Assembly (NCBI GenBank): GCA_947466225.1
Contig: CANIBL010000007.1
Location: 1,763-65,762, forward strand
Source of the DNA: Deltaproteobacteria bacterium
GTDB taxonomy: Bacteria > Bdellovibrionota_B > Oligoflexia > Oligoflexales > Bog-1112
Reading direction: 5' to 3'
Length of the DNA: 64,000 nucleotides
Shown: piece after piece, positions 10,034-18,695 of the stretch
Numbering within the stretch: position 1 is the stretch's first letter
How the letters are laid out: each line of letters opens with the position of its first letter
Program-made: the position numbers and the translations under genes
Notes under the pieces: generated by a model
Told to the model about the DNA's origin: nothing
Seen by the model: the letters and a program-made list of their open reading frames with translations, nothing else
Databases searched by the model: none

Positions 10034-11026
10034 GTGGAAGAAAGAGCGCCCATGTCTCCCCGAGTTGATCGACTTGCCCCCCCTTTCCGACTGGAAGCCA
10101 CCCGTGATGGTTTGCATGTTGAGGAAACCCTATTGTGGCTAGACGCAAGGCTGGGTAAAGAGTTGGCGTTTCTCTCTCGGGTTCCCCCTCAGCCCAAAAA
10201 AATTACCAGCAAAATCTTAGCATCAGAAGAGACGATTCACCTGTTGCGGTTGTTTCAGCACGAGGTAGACTCTTTATCTTGTCAATATCAAAGACCTTTT
10301 TCTATTGGGGCTCTCTCGTTAGAGCTTTTTCCTACTGGAGCTGCCTTTGGAGGGGCTGCCCTGCTCTTGCGGCAAAAAAATAGCTCTTTGCTCTATATGC
10401 CTGAAATGGGGTTTCTCTCGCCGGAACGAATATTGGAGTTCCCTCCGGTGACACAGGTGATTATGGGGGCCTTTTGCCCAGATCCAAAGACAGTTCAAGC
10501 TCACTTTGACCAGGAATGGGATCGACTGTGCGTAACTCTTGCTTCCCTGCTCCAAGTAGGGAAGAGCCCTTTTCTTGTCTCTCCATTTTTGGCTTTTCCC
10601 CAACGAATTTTGTCGGCACCTGTCTTGCAATCCGTTCCGGTCCATATGCATCCGATTTTAATTCGCATGCACCGGATTTATGAAAAATTTACTGCCTCTC
10701 CTTCTCTTTATCAGGTGCCTGCGCCGGACTCTGCTATCATGATCTCGCCTTTTCTACCACCTCGGAAAAGTTTGGAGTTGTCGCAACGTCCTCTCCTTAC
10801 CCTCATACGAGATGACCATCGAACCAAATGGCCGGAGTGCCATCCCCAAAATACCTTTCACTTTTCCTTTTTCTGTCAAAAAATGTATCGGCAGCTCTTT
10901 AAACAGATCATGCCCGAACATATTTACTTTGTGGGTCCATATGCATTGCGATATGCCAAAGCATTCAAGAAATGTGCCCCGCACGTTCAGCCTCTTTTTG
11001 TCGAGAAGCAGCCCAGCTTATTTTAA
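10034..11026 (+). CDS. hypothetical protein, possibly a degenerate MBL/beta-CASP-fold protein
   Basis: 330 aa with a GTG start (alternative ATG at 10052). LWLDARLG..LAFLSRV and LELFPTGAAFGGAALLL sit where MBL-fold enzymes have HxHxDH and AGHxxGS, but the metal ligands are absent. Confidence 0.4.
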   Translation: MEERAPMSPRVDRLAPPFRLEATRDGLHVEETLLWLDARLGKELAFLSRVPPQPKKITSKILASEETIHLLRLFQHEVDSLSCQYQRPFSIGALSLELFPTGAAFGGAALLLRQKNSSLLYMPEMGFLSPERILEFPPVTQVIMGAFCPDPKTVQAHFDQEWDRLCVTLASLLQVGKSPFLVSPFLAFPQRILSAPVLQSVPVHMHPILIRMHRIYEKFTASPSLYQVPAPDSAIMISPFLPPRKSLELSQRPLLTLIRDDHRTKWPECHPQNTFHFSFFCQKMYRQLFKQIMPEHIYFVGPYALRYAKAFKKCAPHVQPLFVEKQPSLF

Positions 11027-11141
11027 AACCAGTTCCTCTCTTCCCTTCGGTCGCTGGGGATACCCTCTTCAAACCTGCCTCTAGGTTCGGTGTGATATGC
11101 TGAAAGCACCGGAGAAAAGAGTCTGAAGGAGGGGTGAACCG

Positions 11142-13004
11142 ATGAAGCGAGCCAAACTCTATGATCTTATGATCCAGGTCATATTTGTTGGAGTAGTGCT
11201 ATTTTACTATACAAGTCTCGCTTTCTATCGACCCCAGGATCCTGCATTTAACTCGATTTCAGAGCCTCCGTTTCCTCTCTTGAATCCCATGGGCAGAGTT
11301 GGTGCAAACCTGAGCGCTTTTGCCTTGTACTATGTAGGTGTTGGAGCTTTTTTCCTTCCGTTTTTTCTTTATGCTCTTTTTACTTTGTTCTTTTTTAGGC
11401 GTCTAATTTACCTCTATCGCGGCAGCTTGATATTGGTGATTGGAAGCGTATCTTGCGTGCTAGCTGAGAAAACCGTAGTTGAAGTCTTGCTTCAACAATA
11501 CCCCATTCGAGCTGGGGGTCTATATGGATATATAGGAGTACAGTTTTTACAACATCAGTTGACCCCTTTCCTCTTTTGGCTTCTTCTTTTGACAAGCGGC
11601 ATTGGCAGCGCATTTTTATATACGCGTCAGGTGGAGGCATTTTTTCCGTTCTTGCTAAAAAAATTGCGCATTCGCCCTCTCTTTTTTTCTCGAAAATCTG
11701 CGGTAGACTCCCCAGTAGACTCCCCCTCTGCCTACTCAGATAAGCTAATTTCTCTCCTTAAAAAAGGAAAGAAAATTGACACTAAAGAACAAGATCGATT
11801 TTGCTTGCAAATCAAAGAAACGCTGCTCAAAACCTTGCGAGATTTTCATATCACGGGGGCAATCTCTGAGTATGTAATTGGGCCCGTGGTGACAGTTTTT
11901 GAATTTCGACCCACAGATGGCACGAAACAAGCCAAGGTACTCAGTATTTCCGATGAGCTTGCGCTTGCGTTAAAAGCCGATGCCGTGTTGATTTCTCCGG
12001 TTTCTGCCAAGCAAGCCTTGGGTATTCAGGTGCCAAATCGGTTGCGCGAGCAAGTCTTGTTGGGAGATTTGGTGCGACAGCCGACGGAAGCGCGTCTGCC
12101 TTTCTTTTTGGGTAAATCAGTGTCGGGAGAAGTTTTGGTAGAAGACTTGACCCAAATGCCTCACCTCTTGATTGCAGGGTCTACTGGGTCAGGAAAATCC
12201 ATCGCGATCAATTCGCTTATTTGTAGCATCCTGTTGCGTTGTACCGCCTCCCAGGTACGCCTTTTGTTAATCGATCCCAAAATTTTGGAGCTCTCTTTGT
12301 ATGAAGGCATTCCGCATTTGCTTGGGCCCGTGATTTCAGATCCGCAGGAGTCGGTTGCGGCATTGTCGAATATGGTAGATGAAATGGAACGACGCTATGC
12401 ATTGCTTAAAAAATTACAAGTACGCAACATCGAATCCTTCAACCAAAAAATTCTCGAACAAACAGAGCAGAATCCCGATCGTCTCGAGAAAAAGTTGGGC
12501 GTGAAAGACAACAAGCCATTACCGTATTTGTTGGTTGTGATCGATGAGCTTGCTGATTTGATGCTCTCGACTTCTCGACAAATTGAGGTACAAATCCAAC
12601 GGTTGGCGCAAAAAGCACGAGCGAGTGGGATTCATATTGTTGTGGCCACGCAGCGCCCCTCTGTGGATGTCATCACCGGGGTCATCAAAGCCAACTTCCC
12701 CTCTCGGATTTCTTTTCGTGTGGCCTCCCGGCATGACAGTCGTACGATTTTGGATGCGCAAGGTGCAGAGAAATTGCTGGGGAAGGGAGACTTGCTCCTA
12801 CAAAAACCGGGGCAATTGCGTAGTATTCGCGCACAAGGGGCTTATGTAAGTGAAGAAGAAGTATTGGCGATTGCGACGTATTTGAAGAAGCAGGCAAAGT
12901 TGCATCCTGCAGAGAATTTACTTGATCGCGGGGGATCCCTGACGCGTCTTTCGGTCGCGGGGGGTGATGCTGCTGATGATCGAGCAATGGCAGATTTTTC
13001 TTAG
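11142..13004 (+). CDS. ftsK: DNA translocase FtsK (no recognisable gamma/KOPS-binding domain)
   Basis: 620 aa with GGAGGGG about 7 nt upstream of the ATG. It has N-terminal TM helices, a Walker A motif (GSTGSGKS), a Walker B motif (LLVVIDELADL) and the VVATQRPSVDVITG motif. The protein ends about 55 aa after the motor domain. Confidence 0.9.
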   Translation: MKRAKLYDLMIQVIFVGVVLFYYTSLAFYRPQDPAFNSISEPPFPLLNPMGRVGANLSAFALYYVGVGAFFLPFFLYALFTLFFFRRLIYLYRGSLILVIGSVSCVLAEKTVVEVLLQQYPIRAGGLYGYIGVQFLQHQLTPFLFWLLLLTSGIGSAFLYTRQVEAFFPFLLKKLRIRPLFFSRKSAVDSPVDSPSAYSDKLISLLKKGKKIDTKEQDRFCLQIKETLLKTLRDFHITGAISEYVIGPVVTVFEFRPTDGTKQAKVLSISDELALALKADAVLISPVSAKQALGIQVPNRLREQVLLGDLVRQPTEARLPFFLGKSVSGEVLVEDLTQMPHLLIAGSTGSGKSIAINSLICSILLRCTASQVRLLLIDPKILELSLYEGIPHLLGPVISDPQESVAALSNMVDEMERRYALLKKLQVRNIESFNQKILEQTEQNPDRLEKKLGVKDNKPLPYLLVVIDELADLMLSTSRQIEVQIQRLAQKARASGIHIVVATQRPSVDVITGVIKANFPSRISFRVASRHDSRTILDAQGAEKLLGKGDLLLQKPGQLRSIRAQGAYVSEEEVLAIATYLKKQAKLHPAENLLDRGGSLTRLSVAGGDAADDRAMADFS

Positions 13005-13025
13005 TAAAAGAATCTGGTGATCGGG

Positions 13026-14450
13026 CTACTCGATTTCTTGTACAGTAAACAAGTTGCTTGATTCCGTTCCCATGGAAGAAATGGAAACGGAAACAAATAC
13101 AATTCTATCCCCCGAAGCGAACCATTGGTCTCGCTTCAATAATACTTGCATGCTGGGTAGTACTGTATCTAAGTTGGGAGATCCCTCAAGGGTTACAGCA
13201 ATTACGCCTCGGATCAAGGACAGCTTTCGCTTCGTCGATTCGGAAAAAGTCACTGCGACAATGGGCATTTTAGGGCGAAAGCTTGCAAGGCGTAGTGCGG
13301 TATTTCCGTTTTGTGTAATACATACGATGGCCTTTGCGCCTACCCGTAGAGCGGTTTGATAAGAGTGGTACGAAACAGCATCCAATACATTGAGAATGGG
13401 TAGTTCTCGCTTTCTCCAGTTGCTACCGATCTCCGAGTGATCTTCTAGGTCTTCAATGATGTTATTGCATACCTGAAGGGCACGATCCTCATATGCGCCT
13501 GCAATAAGCTCTTCTGCGAGGGTTACCGCATCGACGCCATCGATTACAGCATTGGCAATGTCTGACACTTCGGCTCGTGTGGGGGTTGGCTTGTCTCGCA
13601 TAGAGGCCAACATCTCACTCGCAAGAATTACAATTTTTGCTTGTTCATTGCAGAGTTGGGTGACCCGTTTGGTTAAAATCGGTACGCTGGCTGCATCTCC
13701 GGTTAACGCAAGGTGGAGGCGAGAAATGACTACACCTTTCACCCAAGGCAGGCATGCTTCCAATGTATGAAAGGAATCAGGGGATGCAATACGAAGCAAA
13801 ATCCAGGGTGCTTGTGCACCATATTTTTCCATTTTATGTTGAATGGCCTGAATATGTGCAGCTTCTAATGTGGCAGGTAGAACCAAGTAATCCACTGCTT
13901 GAAGTGGCAGTGTGGAAAGAGCCGAAAGAAATAAGGCTTGGTGAGCAGAGAAAAAGTCAAGGTTGTATAGCTGTTCTTCGGCTCGTAGGATTCCTTCGTG
14001 TACGACGCGCGCTTTAACCTGGTCTTGTTCTACCTCTAGCACAGACAATACCACGCTACCTGATCCGAGATGAATGTAGCCTCCTACAGAAAAAAACAGG
14101 GACCATTCCTCGCACACGATTTGGATCTCCCCAGCTGTGCTCGAGGGATTGCGTACCAGTTTAATGTCCTCGCCGACTTGAAGCGTAAGGGGGGCTTCTA
14201 GGGAGACAATTGTCACGGCTGGATGAGAGCAAAAATCTACCAGGAGGGGCACCTCTTTTTTTTGCGTAGATTTTGCAGCAGTACTTCGTTTCTCGAGAAA
14301 AGCGAGAGTCTCGCTGTGAGCGCTCGAGGCGTAGAGTAAGCTCAGAGCTCCGATATCTTTTTCTGGTAAATCTGCTAGGAGAGACTCTTGTAGCCGACTG
14401 CTACTTAAGGACCAAATTACTTTGGTTTTTCGCTGTAAAGGCATCATCAT
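13026..14450 (-). CDS. pyruvate kinase family protein, probably non-catalytic paralogue
   Basis: 474 aa. It retains the PK motif EMLASMRDKPTPTRAEVSDIANAVIDGVDAVTLAEE and a C-terminal allosteric-like domain. The motifs that carry the K+/Mg2+/phosphoenolpyruvate ligands (NFSHG, DTKGPE, KIEN, RGDLG) appear replaced. Confidence 0.7.
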   Translation of the reverse strand: MMMPLQRKTKVIWSLSSSRLQESLLADLPEKDIGALSLLYASSAHSETLAFLEKRSTAAKSTQKKEVPLLVDFCSHPAVTIVSLEAPLTLQVGEDIKLVRNPSSTAGEIQIVCEEWSLFFSVGGYIHLGSGSVVLSVLEVEQDQVKARVVHEGILRAEEQLYNLDFFSAHQALFLSALSTLPLQAVDYLVLPATLEAAHIQAIQHKMEKYGAQAPWILLRIASPDSFHTLEACLPWVKGVVISRLHLALTGDAASVPILTKRVTQLCNEQAKIVILASEMLASMRDKPTPTRAEVSDIANAVIDGVDAVTLAEELIAGAYEDRALQVCNNIIEDLEDHSEIGSNWRKRELPILNVLDAVSYHSYQTALRVGAKAIVCITQNGNTALRLASFRPKMPIVAVTFSESTKRKLSLIRGVIAVTLEGSPNLDTVLPSMQVLLKRDQWFASGDRIVFVSVSISSMGTESSNLFTVQEIE

Positions 14451-15322
14451 GCGTGTATCTCCGTCAAAAGACCGGCTCCCATTTTTACCGGCATCGGATG
14501 AGCAATCGATAGAACGGGGGAGGCATATCCCGTCATTTCCGCGTGATCAAGCAGCACGATAACCGTCGAGCCCAGCATAAAGACCCCAAGTTCATCGCCG
14601 GCTGCAATTTGGTGCGCAGAGGGTACGTCCACTACAGGTGGGGTTTGTAAGAGGCGCTCTTGGTTGTTGCTATAAAAGGGAGGGTCCATGTGCGCAGGTG
14701 CGATCTTGCCAACATTGAGGGCGCCTACCATGACGACGTATACGTGTCCCTTTTCTGTCGCGATATCAAAGACCACTCGTTCATTTTCCACGAATAAGCG
14801 AGGTAGATGCTTGGCAAAGAAAGGGGAGACGGGCCATAGTTTTCCTGGAATGTAGCGCGTGGCAGTCAGAGTGCCGCTGACCGGTGCATGCACGCGATGA
14901 TAGTTATGTGGCGCTAAATACACCGTACAAGCCCATCCAACGGCAAAAGGCGCAGGGCGAGCTGCCTCCCCATATATCAATTCGGAGAGAGAGTAGGCAT
15001 TCCCTTTCGCAGGGTGGAGGGTTTCCGCTATTACGGGTACCGAGCGTGTCAGCATGCCATCTGCGGGGGAGCAAAAGGGCCCTTGGATCGGACGACAGCC
15101 AGGTTGGAGTCGGCGTACAAAGACAGATTGCAGGGTGCTGTAGCGATGCAGTGGGTGCTCTGCTTCTGCCATATCGATGCCAAAGAAGGCTACAAACCAC
15201 TCCCGGGCTTTTTTGGCTAAAAAGGGGTGTGGGATTTGCCACTCCACCAGCCGCCCCGTGAGGAAGCTCAGGAGGTTCTGTGGCATGATCTTGACCAACT
15301 GTAAAAGAAAATAGGTACCCAT
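14447..15322 (-). CDS. psd: phosphatidylserine decarboxylase proenzyme
   Basis: 291 aa with the self-cleavage motif FMLGSTVIVL (LGST). The length and hydrophobic N-terminus fit the family. The stop overlaps the start of the PK-like gene by 4 nt. Confidence 0.85.
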   Translation of the reverse strand: MGTYFLLQLVKIMPQNLLSFLTGRLVEWQIPHPFLAKKAREWFVAFFGIDMAEAEHPLHRYSTLQSVFVRRLQPGCRPIQGPFCSPADGMLTRSVPVIAETLHPAKGNAYSLSELIYGEAARPAPFAVGWACTVYLAPHNYHRVHAPVSGTLTATRYIPGKLWPVSPFFAKHLPRLFVENERVVFDIATEKGHVYVVMVGALNVGKIAPAHMDPPFYSNNQERLLQTPPVVDVPSAHQIAAGDELGVFMLGSTVIVLLDHAEMTGYASPVLSIAHPMPVKMGAGLLTEIHA

Positions 15323-15547
15323 GTCTGTGGCCCCCGTGTTGCGGATCTGCTACAGGAGTAGAGAGATCGCTGTGGTATTTTTGCTACAACCCAAAAAAAC
15401 AGAGAAAATTTCAGATATGATACTCTGATAACGTCCGTATATTGAGGTCTCTACGCGGGACAAACAATCTTTTTCTTTGGAATTTTATTGGCACGATTCT
15501 TGCATGCGTCTGTAAAGTGAACCTTTTCTTCCTAATATGGCGAATTT

Positions 15548-15556
15548 TGGTAGAAT
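15548..15556 (+). promoter_or_regulatory. candidate extended -10 promoter element (TGgTAGAAT)
   Basis: TGGTAGAAT lies 42 nt upstream of the 15598 ATG. No good -35 element was found. Confidence 0.3.
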
Positions 15557-15597
15557 GGGAAAAATGACGTGGAAAAAAAATACTCGGAGACTTTGGA

Positions 15598-15801
15598 ATG
15601 AAGACATTCAAAACGGAAGAAAGGCTGCTGGCCGGATTTGAGCATGGAAGTCCTCTGGCGGATAAGGCAGTGCGTATGTTGGCGAAGTCAATCTACCAGA
15701 CGTTGAAGGAAGAGGGCTGTCAGCATAAAGATATTATTGGGGTTTCAAGCCAGTTAATTGGGCTGGTTACCTCTGCCATGGAAGATACTTCGCCGAAGTA
15801 A
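15598..15801 (+). CDS. small hypothetical protein (67 aa)
   Basis: ATG with GGAG 9 nt upstream. The product is soluble and helical with no recognisable family. Confidence 0.4.
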   Translation: MKTFKTEERLLAGFEHGSPLADKAVRMLAKSIYQTLKEEGCQHKDIIGVSSQLIGLVTSAMEDTSPK

Positions 15802-15854
15802 CAACGCCTCTCTGCAGAGCTCTCAGCTTATCTCCCAGCATCATGTACTCGGCG

Positions 15855-16064
15855 CTATCGGAGAGCAGTACAAGGGATTTCCTTGGCGTTTGGCGCAGCC
15901 CATTTGGCTGCATCCAAGTCCATGTCCTTCTGGCGGCAAAACTCCATCGCGCGCAGCATAGCTTGGTGCTGCCCCTCCACGTCTGTTCCGGAGTAGCGCG
16001 GCGTTAATTTGCATCCCACCAAGAAACACATAAGTAGAACAACGTAAAACAGCCGTGCCTGCAA
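15855..16064 (-). CDS. small lipoprotein (69 aa)
   Basis: TTG start with GAGGGGAG 5 nt upstream. The signal peptide has the lipobox FLVGC. Confidence 0.45.
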   Translation of the reverse strand: MQARLFYVVLLMCFLVGCKLTPRYSGTDVEGQHQAMLRAMEFCRQKDMDLDAAKWAAPNAKEIPCTALR

Positions 16065-16270
16065 TGTACTCCCCTCTTCAATATCGGTAAATTTTCTCCC
16101 ATTCTACGTGAAAAAGGATAATCCGCCTAAAAAACAGAGGCGATATTTAGGCGCAATGTCAGGTTGTTTAGCTATTTCCTCTCACTTAACGCAAGCGGTG
16201 CTTTGGTTTTATCTTTTGCAAAAAATTTTTTAAAAACTTGACAACAACTTATGCCTACAGTAGGTAAGTT

Positions 16271-16538
16271 CGGAAGATAGACCACCAGTCTCCATCGCGG
16301 TAAGCGCGAAAGTGTCTTATAGAAAGTTCGCAAGAACCTGGGGTTGTCGGTCTATCTACGCTGGAGGCAGTTCCTCCTTTATCGATTAACTTTAAGCTCA
16401 GCCGCTGCAATAATATCTGCCCTCCTTGTTTTGCTAGACTGCAAGTACTGACTTTTCCTTACGATCAACACTTCCCAATTTCACCTTAAGTGGCCGGAGC
16501 TTAAAGGCCCCCTTCGGGGGGAGTGTCTGCCATTTTTT
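16271..16538 (+). ncRNA. candidate structured RNA or 5' leader (unclassified)
   Basis: Lies in a 560-bp intergenic gap. AGATAGACC (16275-16283) pairs with GGTCTATCT (16349-16357). That helix encloses a GTTC-GCAA-GAAC hairpin (16327-16338) and a CGCG..CGCG hairpin. Further elements are a GGAGG-CAGTT-CCTCC hairpin (16363-16377) and a terminal CCCCC-TTCG-GGGGG hairpin followed by T6. TTGACA at 16238 is preceded by an A/T tract, but the -10 is poor. Confidence 0.4.
16491..16538 (+). terminator. candidate intrinsic terminator or attenuator
   Basis: TGGC...GCCA closes a stem around the C(UUCG)G hairpin (16508-16521). It is followed immediately by TTTTTT (16533-16538), 87 nt upstream of the 16625 ATG. 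Confidence 0.4.
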
Positions 16539-16624
16539 ATATCCTGATATTGAGTCTGCTTTCTCAAGATTCCCCTGCAATACCCGATCCAAGAACATAT
16601 GCACTCCACTCTGCTTGAGGCGTC

Positions 16625-17710
16625 ATGCGCATTCTTTGGCTTATCTGTTGGATCGTGTCTGTGAGTGCGCTTGCAGACGATAATACGATGCCCATTCGCT
16701 CGGCTGCTTTTATGCGTCGAGGCAATACCGGCATTGCCATTGCGCAAGATGAGGATGCCATTTTTTTTAATCCTGCTGGCCTTGCCTATGGGAGTGGGGT
16801 ATTTCGCAAAGTCTTATTTCTGTCCCCATATGTAGAAGTATCCCAGGATACCCGCAATGTGATCCGCGAGATTGCTATACAAAAAGACGATCCAACAGAT
16901 ACTTTGCGCGCCCATGAGGGAAAGGTGCAGCATGTGGCAGCTTCCAATGTTTCGGGGCTGATTCTCCGGCGTGTGGCGCTTGCGGCATTTGGTGCAACTT
17001 CTACCTCTGCTTTGCTTTTCAAAGACCCGGGTCAGGGCGGGTTTGAATCTGTACATGCGAGTTCCATTTCTGATGTGGGGATTGCCATGTCCCTTGCGGA
17101 TCGAGTTGGTACATCCCGCTTTCTTGTCGGGGCCACGGGAACCTACTTTCAACGCAGCCAGGGGGAGCTGTTTGCCAACGCTACGGCTGCAGGTCAGCTC
17201 CAGGATCTAAAGTCTAGTGAGTCACTGCTTATGACGGGAACGGGGCGTGCAGTTAATCTGGGTCTGATGTATCGAGGGGAAGGGCGTCTCAATTTTTCGT
17301 GGGGGCTTACCTGTTTAAATGTGGGCACGACGACGTTCACGCCAAATACCCCCACAGATCTAGATGCTAGCGCATGGCCGTTGCGTCCGATCAAACAGAC
17401 GTTGAACTTGGGTACTGCCATAGAAACGGGCACACAGCACTCCAAATTTCGGTTCTTGGCTGATATGCAAGACTTATTGAATGCCAATCACAATGTATAT
17501 GCCAAGCGCATTCATCTGGGGACAGAGTTGGTCGTGTATAACCGCGTGGGATTTAGCGCTGGATTGAATCAAGGTTATCCAACCGGTGGTTTCTTTGTGG
17601 ATCTGTTCCTGTTGCGCTTTGATTTGGGGTTTTACACAGAGGAGTATGGAGACAGGGCGGGGGATCGCCCGGATCCTCGGTTGTTTGTGCGTATGGAGGC
17701 CAAGCTGTGA
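16625..17710 (+). CDS. putative outer-membrane beta-barrel protein (PorV/FadL/TraF-like pattern)
   Basis: 361 aa with a signal peptide ending SALA-DD. The N-terminal motif GNTGIAIAQDEDAIFFNPAGLAYG and alternating amphipathic beta-strand patterns run throughout. The family assignment was made by eye only. Confidence 0.5.
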   Translation: MRILWLICWIVSVSALADDNTMPIRSAAFMRRGNTGIAIAQDEDAIFFNPAGLAYGSGVFRKVLFLSPYVEVSQDTRNVIREIAIQKDDPTDTLRAHEGKVQHVAASNVSGLILRRVALAAFGATSTSALLFKDPGQGGFESVHASSISDVGIAMSLADRVGTSRFLVGATGTYFQRSQGELFANATAAGQLQDLKSSESLLMTGTGRAVNLGLMYRGEGRLNFSWGLTCLNVGTTTFTPNTPTDLDASAWPLRPIKQTLNLGTAIETGTQHSKFRFLADMQDLLNANHNVYAKRIHLGTELVVYNRVGFSAGLNQGYPTGGFFVDLFLLRFDLGFYTEEYGDRAGDRPDPRLFVRMEAKL

Positions 17711-18549
17711 AGCGGTTTACATTTCCTACCTTTCTTGCGTGCGTCAGCCTTCTTTTTAGCTGTGGGGATCGCAATGCTTTTTCCTCCTTAGAGCATCCAA
17801 CCCCAGCGGAAAAAGCAGCTGCTTACTTAGAGCAGGAAAATCCCGATGCAGCTATCGATACGGTTCTTCATACGCTGGGCGACACATATCAGACGCTGTA
17901 TGCCGTCACAACAAAAGGGACCAACAATGAAGAGCAGCTCCATGCCGAAATGTTGATGCTGATTGCAGCTGATTCTATAGATGGCGTTCCCAACTTGGTG
18001 TCTCTTTTGGCAAGCGCACAAGCACAAAAATTCAGCGTGGATCCGTTCGCGATGGTGCTGCGATTGGCTAAGAGCCAAACTTCAACTGCATTGGTAGACG
18101 CAACCTTTGTATCTTTGGGGGCGTTTACTCAGCTATACCCCATCTTGCCAAAGGCGACGGCTTCGACGATCAAGGGGCTGCAGGCGGCAGTCTTTATCCT
18201 CCAGTCCCTTGGTAGCGTCTATTTGAGCAAAGCGGATCACCTAAAGTTGGGGCTTTTCCTTACCGCAAGTTTGGTTTTGGAACTCAAGCTCATCGATGCC
18301 AATGAAGATGGTACGATATCGATCGAAGAGGCGCTGGATCTTTCGGAAGAGAGTGCGACGACTTTTGTCACCACGCTAGAAGCTGCGGTCTCTTCCATTC
18401 TTTTAGCGGATTTAAGTACCAGTAAAGCCAGCGCGGCTAGCGCCAAGATTACCACGCTGCAAACGACCCTGCAAAACCAAGCTGGAACTAGCAATGCAGA
18501 AAAATTGCAAAACTTTTTCATTCAAACGCAGAGTAAAAGCGCTGACTAG
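17707..18549 (+). CDS. lipoprotein with a canonical EF-hand Ca2+-binding loop
   Basis: 280 aa. The GTG start overlaps the upstream stop. The lipobox is LLFSCG. DANEDGTISIEE matches the 12-residue EF-hand loop DxNxDGxIxxxE. Confidence 0.6.
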   Translation: MKRFTFPTFLACVSLLFSCGDRNAFSSLEHPTPAEKAAAYLEQENPDAAIDTVLHTLGDTYQTLYAVTTKGTNNEEQLHAEMLMLIAADSIDGVPNLVSLLASAQAQKFSVDPFAMVLRLAKSQTSTALVDATFVSLGAFTQLYPILPKATASTIKGLQAAVFILQSLGSVYLSKADHLKLGLFLTASLVLELKLIDANEDGTISIEEALDLSEESATTFVTTLEAAVSSILLADLSTSKASAASAKITTLQTTLQNQAGTSNAEKLQNFFIQTQSKSAD

Positions 18550-18653
18550 GCCATGTGTATGGCACGCAGCGGTATGCCATAAAACCATATAAAATCAATC
18601 AATTATGTAAACATTGCCTGGAAGTTGACTGAACAGCCAATGTAAAGTGGGCT

Positions 18654-18661
18654 TGTATAAT
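18654..18661 (+). promoter_or_regulatory. candidate extended -10 promoter (TGTATAAT)
   Basis: TG-n-TATAAT lies 35 nt upstream of the 18696 ATG. Confidence 0.35.
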
Positions 18662-18695
18662 ACGCAATGCCGGCTCTATACCGCTGGGGGATCGC

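Noticed and set aside
16065-16625. Possibility that the structured intergenic RNA is tmRNA, RNase P RNA, SRP RNA, 6S RNA or a known riboswitch. The 88-aa and 65-aa minus-strand ORFs here were also considered.
   Set aside because: The defining elements of the known RNA families are all missing:
- no tRNA-like T-arm (GGTTCGAATCC) or acceptor/CCA, as tmRNA would need
- no GAGGAAAGTCCGGGC core (RNase P)
- no GGTCCGGAAGGAAGCAGC (SRP)
- no 5'/3' closing helix with a central bubble (6S)
- no B12 box, TPP, glycine or GEMM cores
The ORFs have no RBS and run antisense across the start of the barrel gene. The region is therefore kept only as an unclassified RNA candidate.
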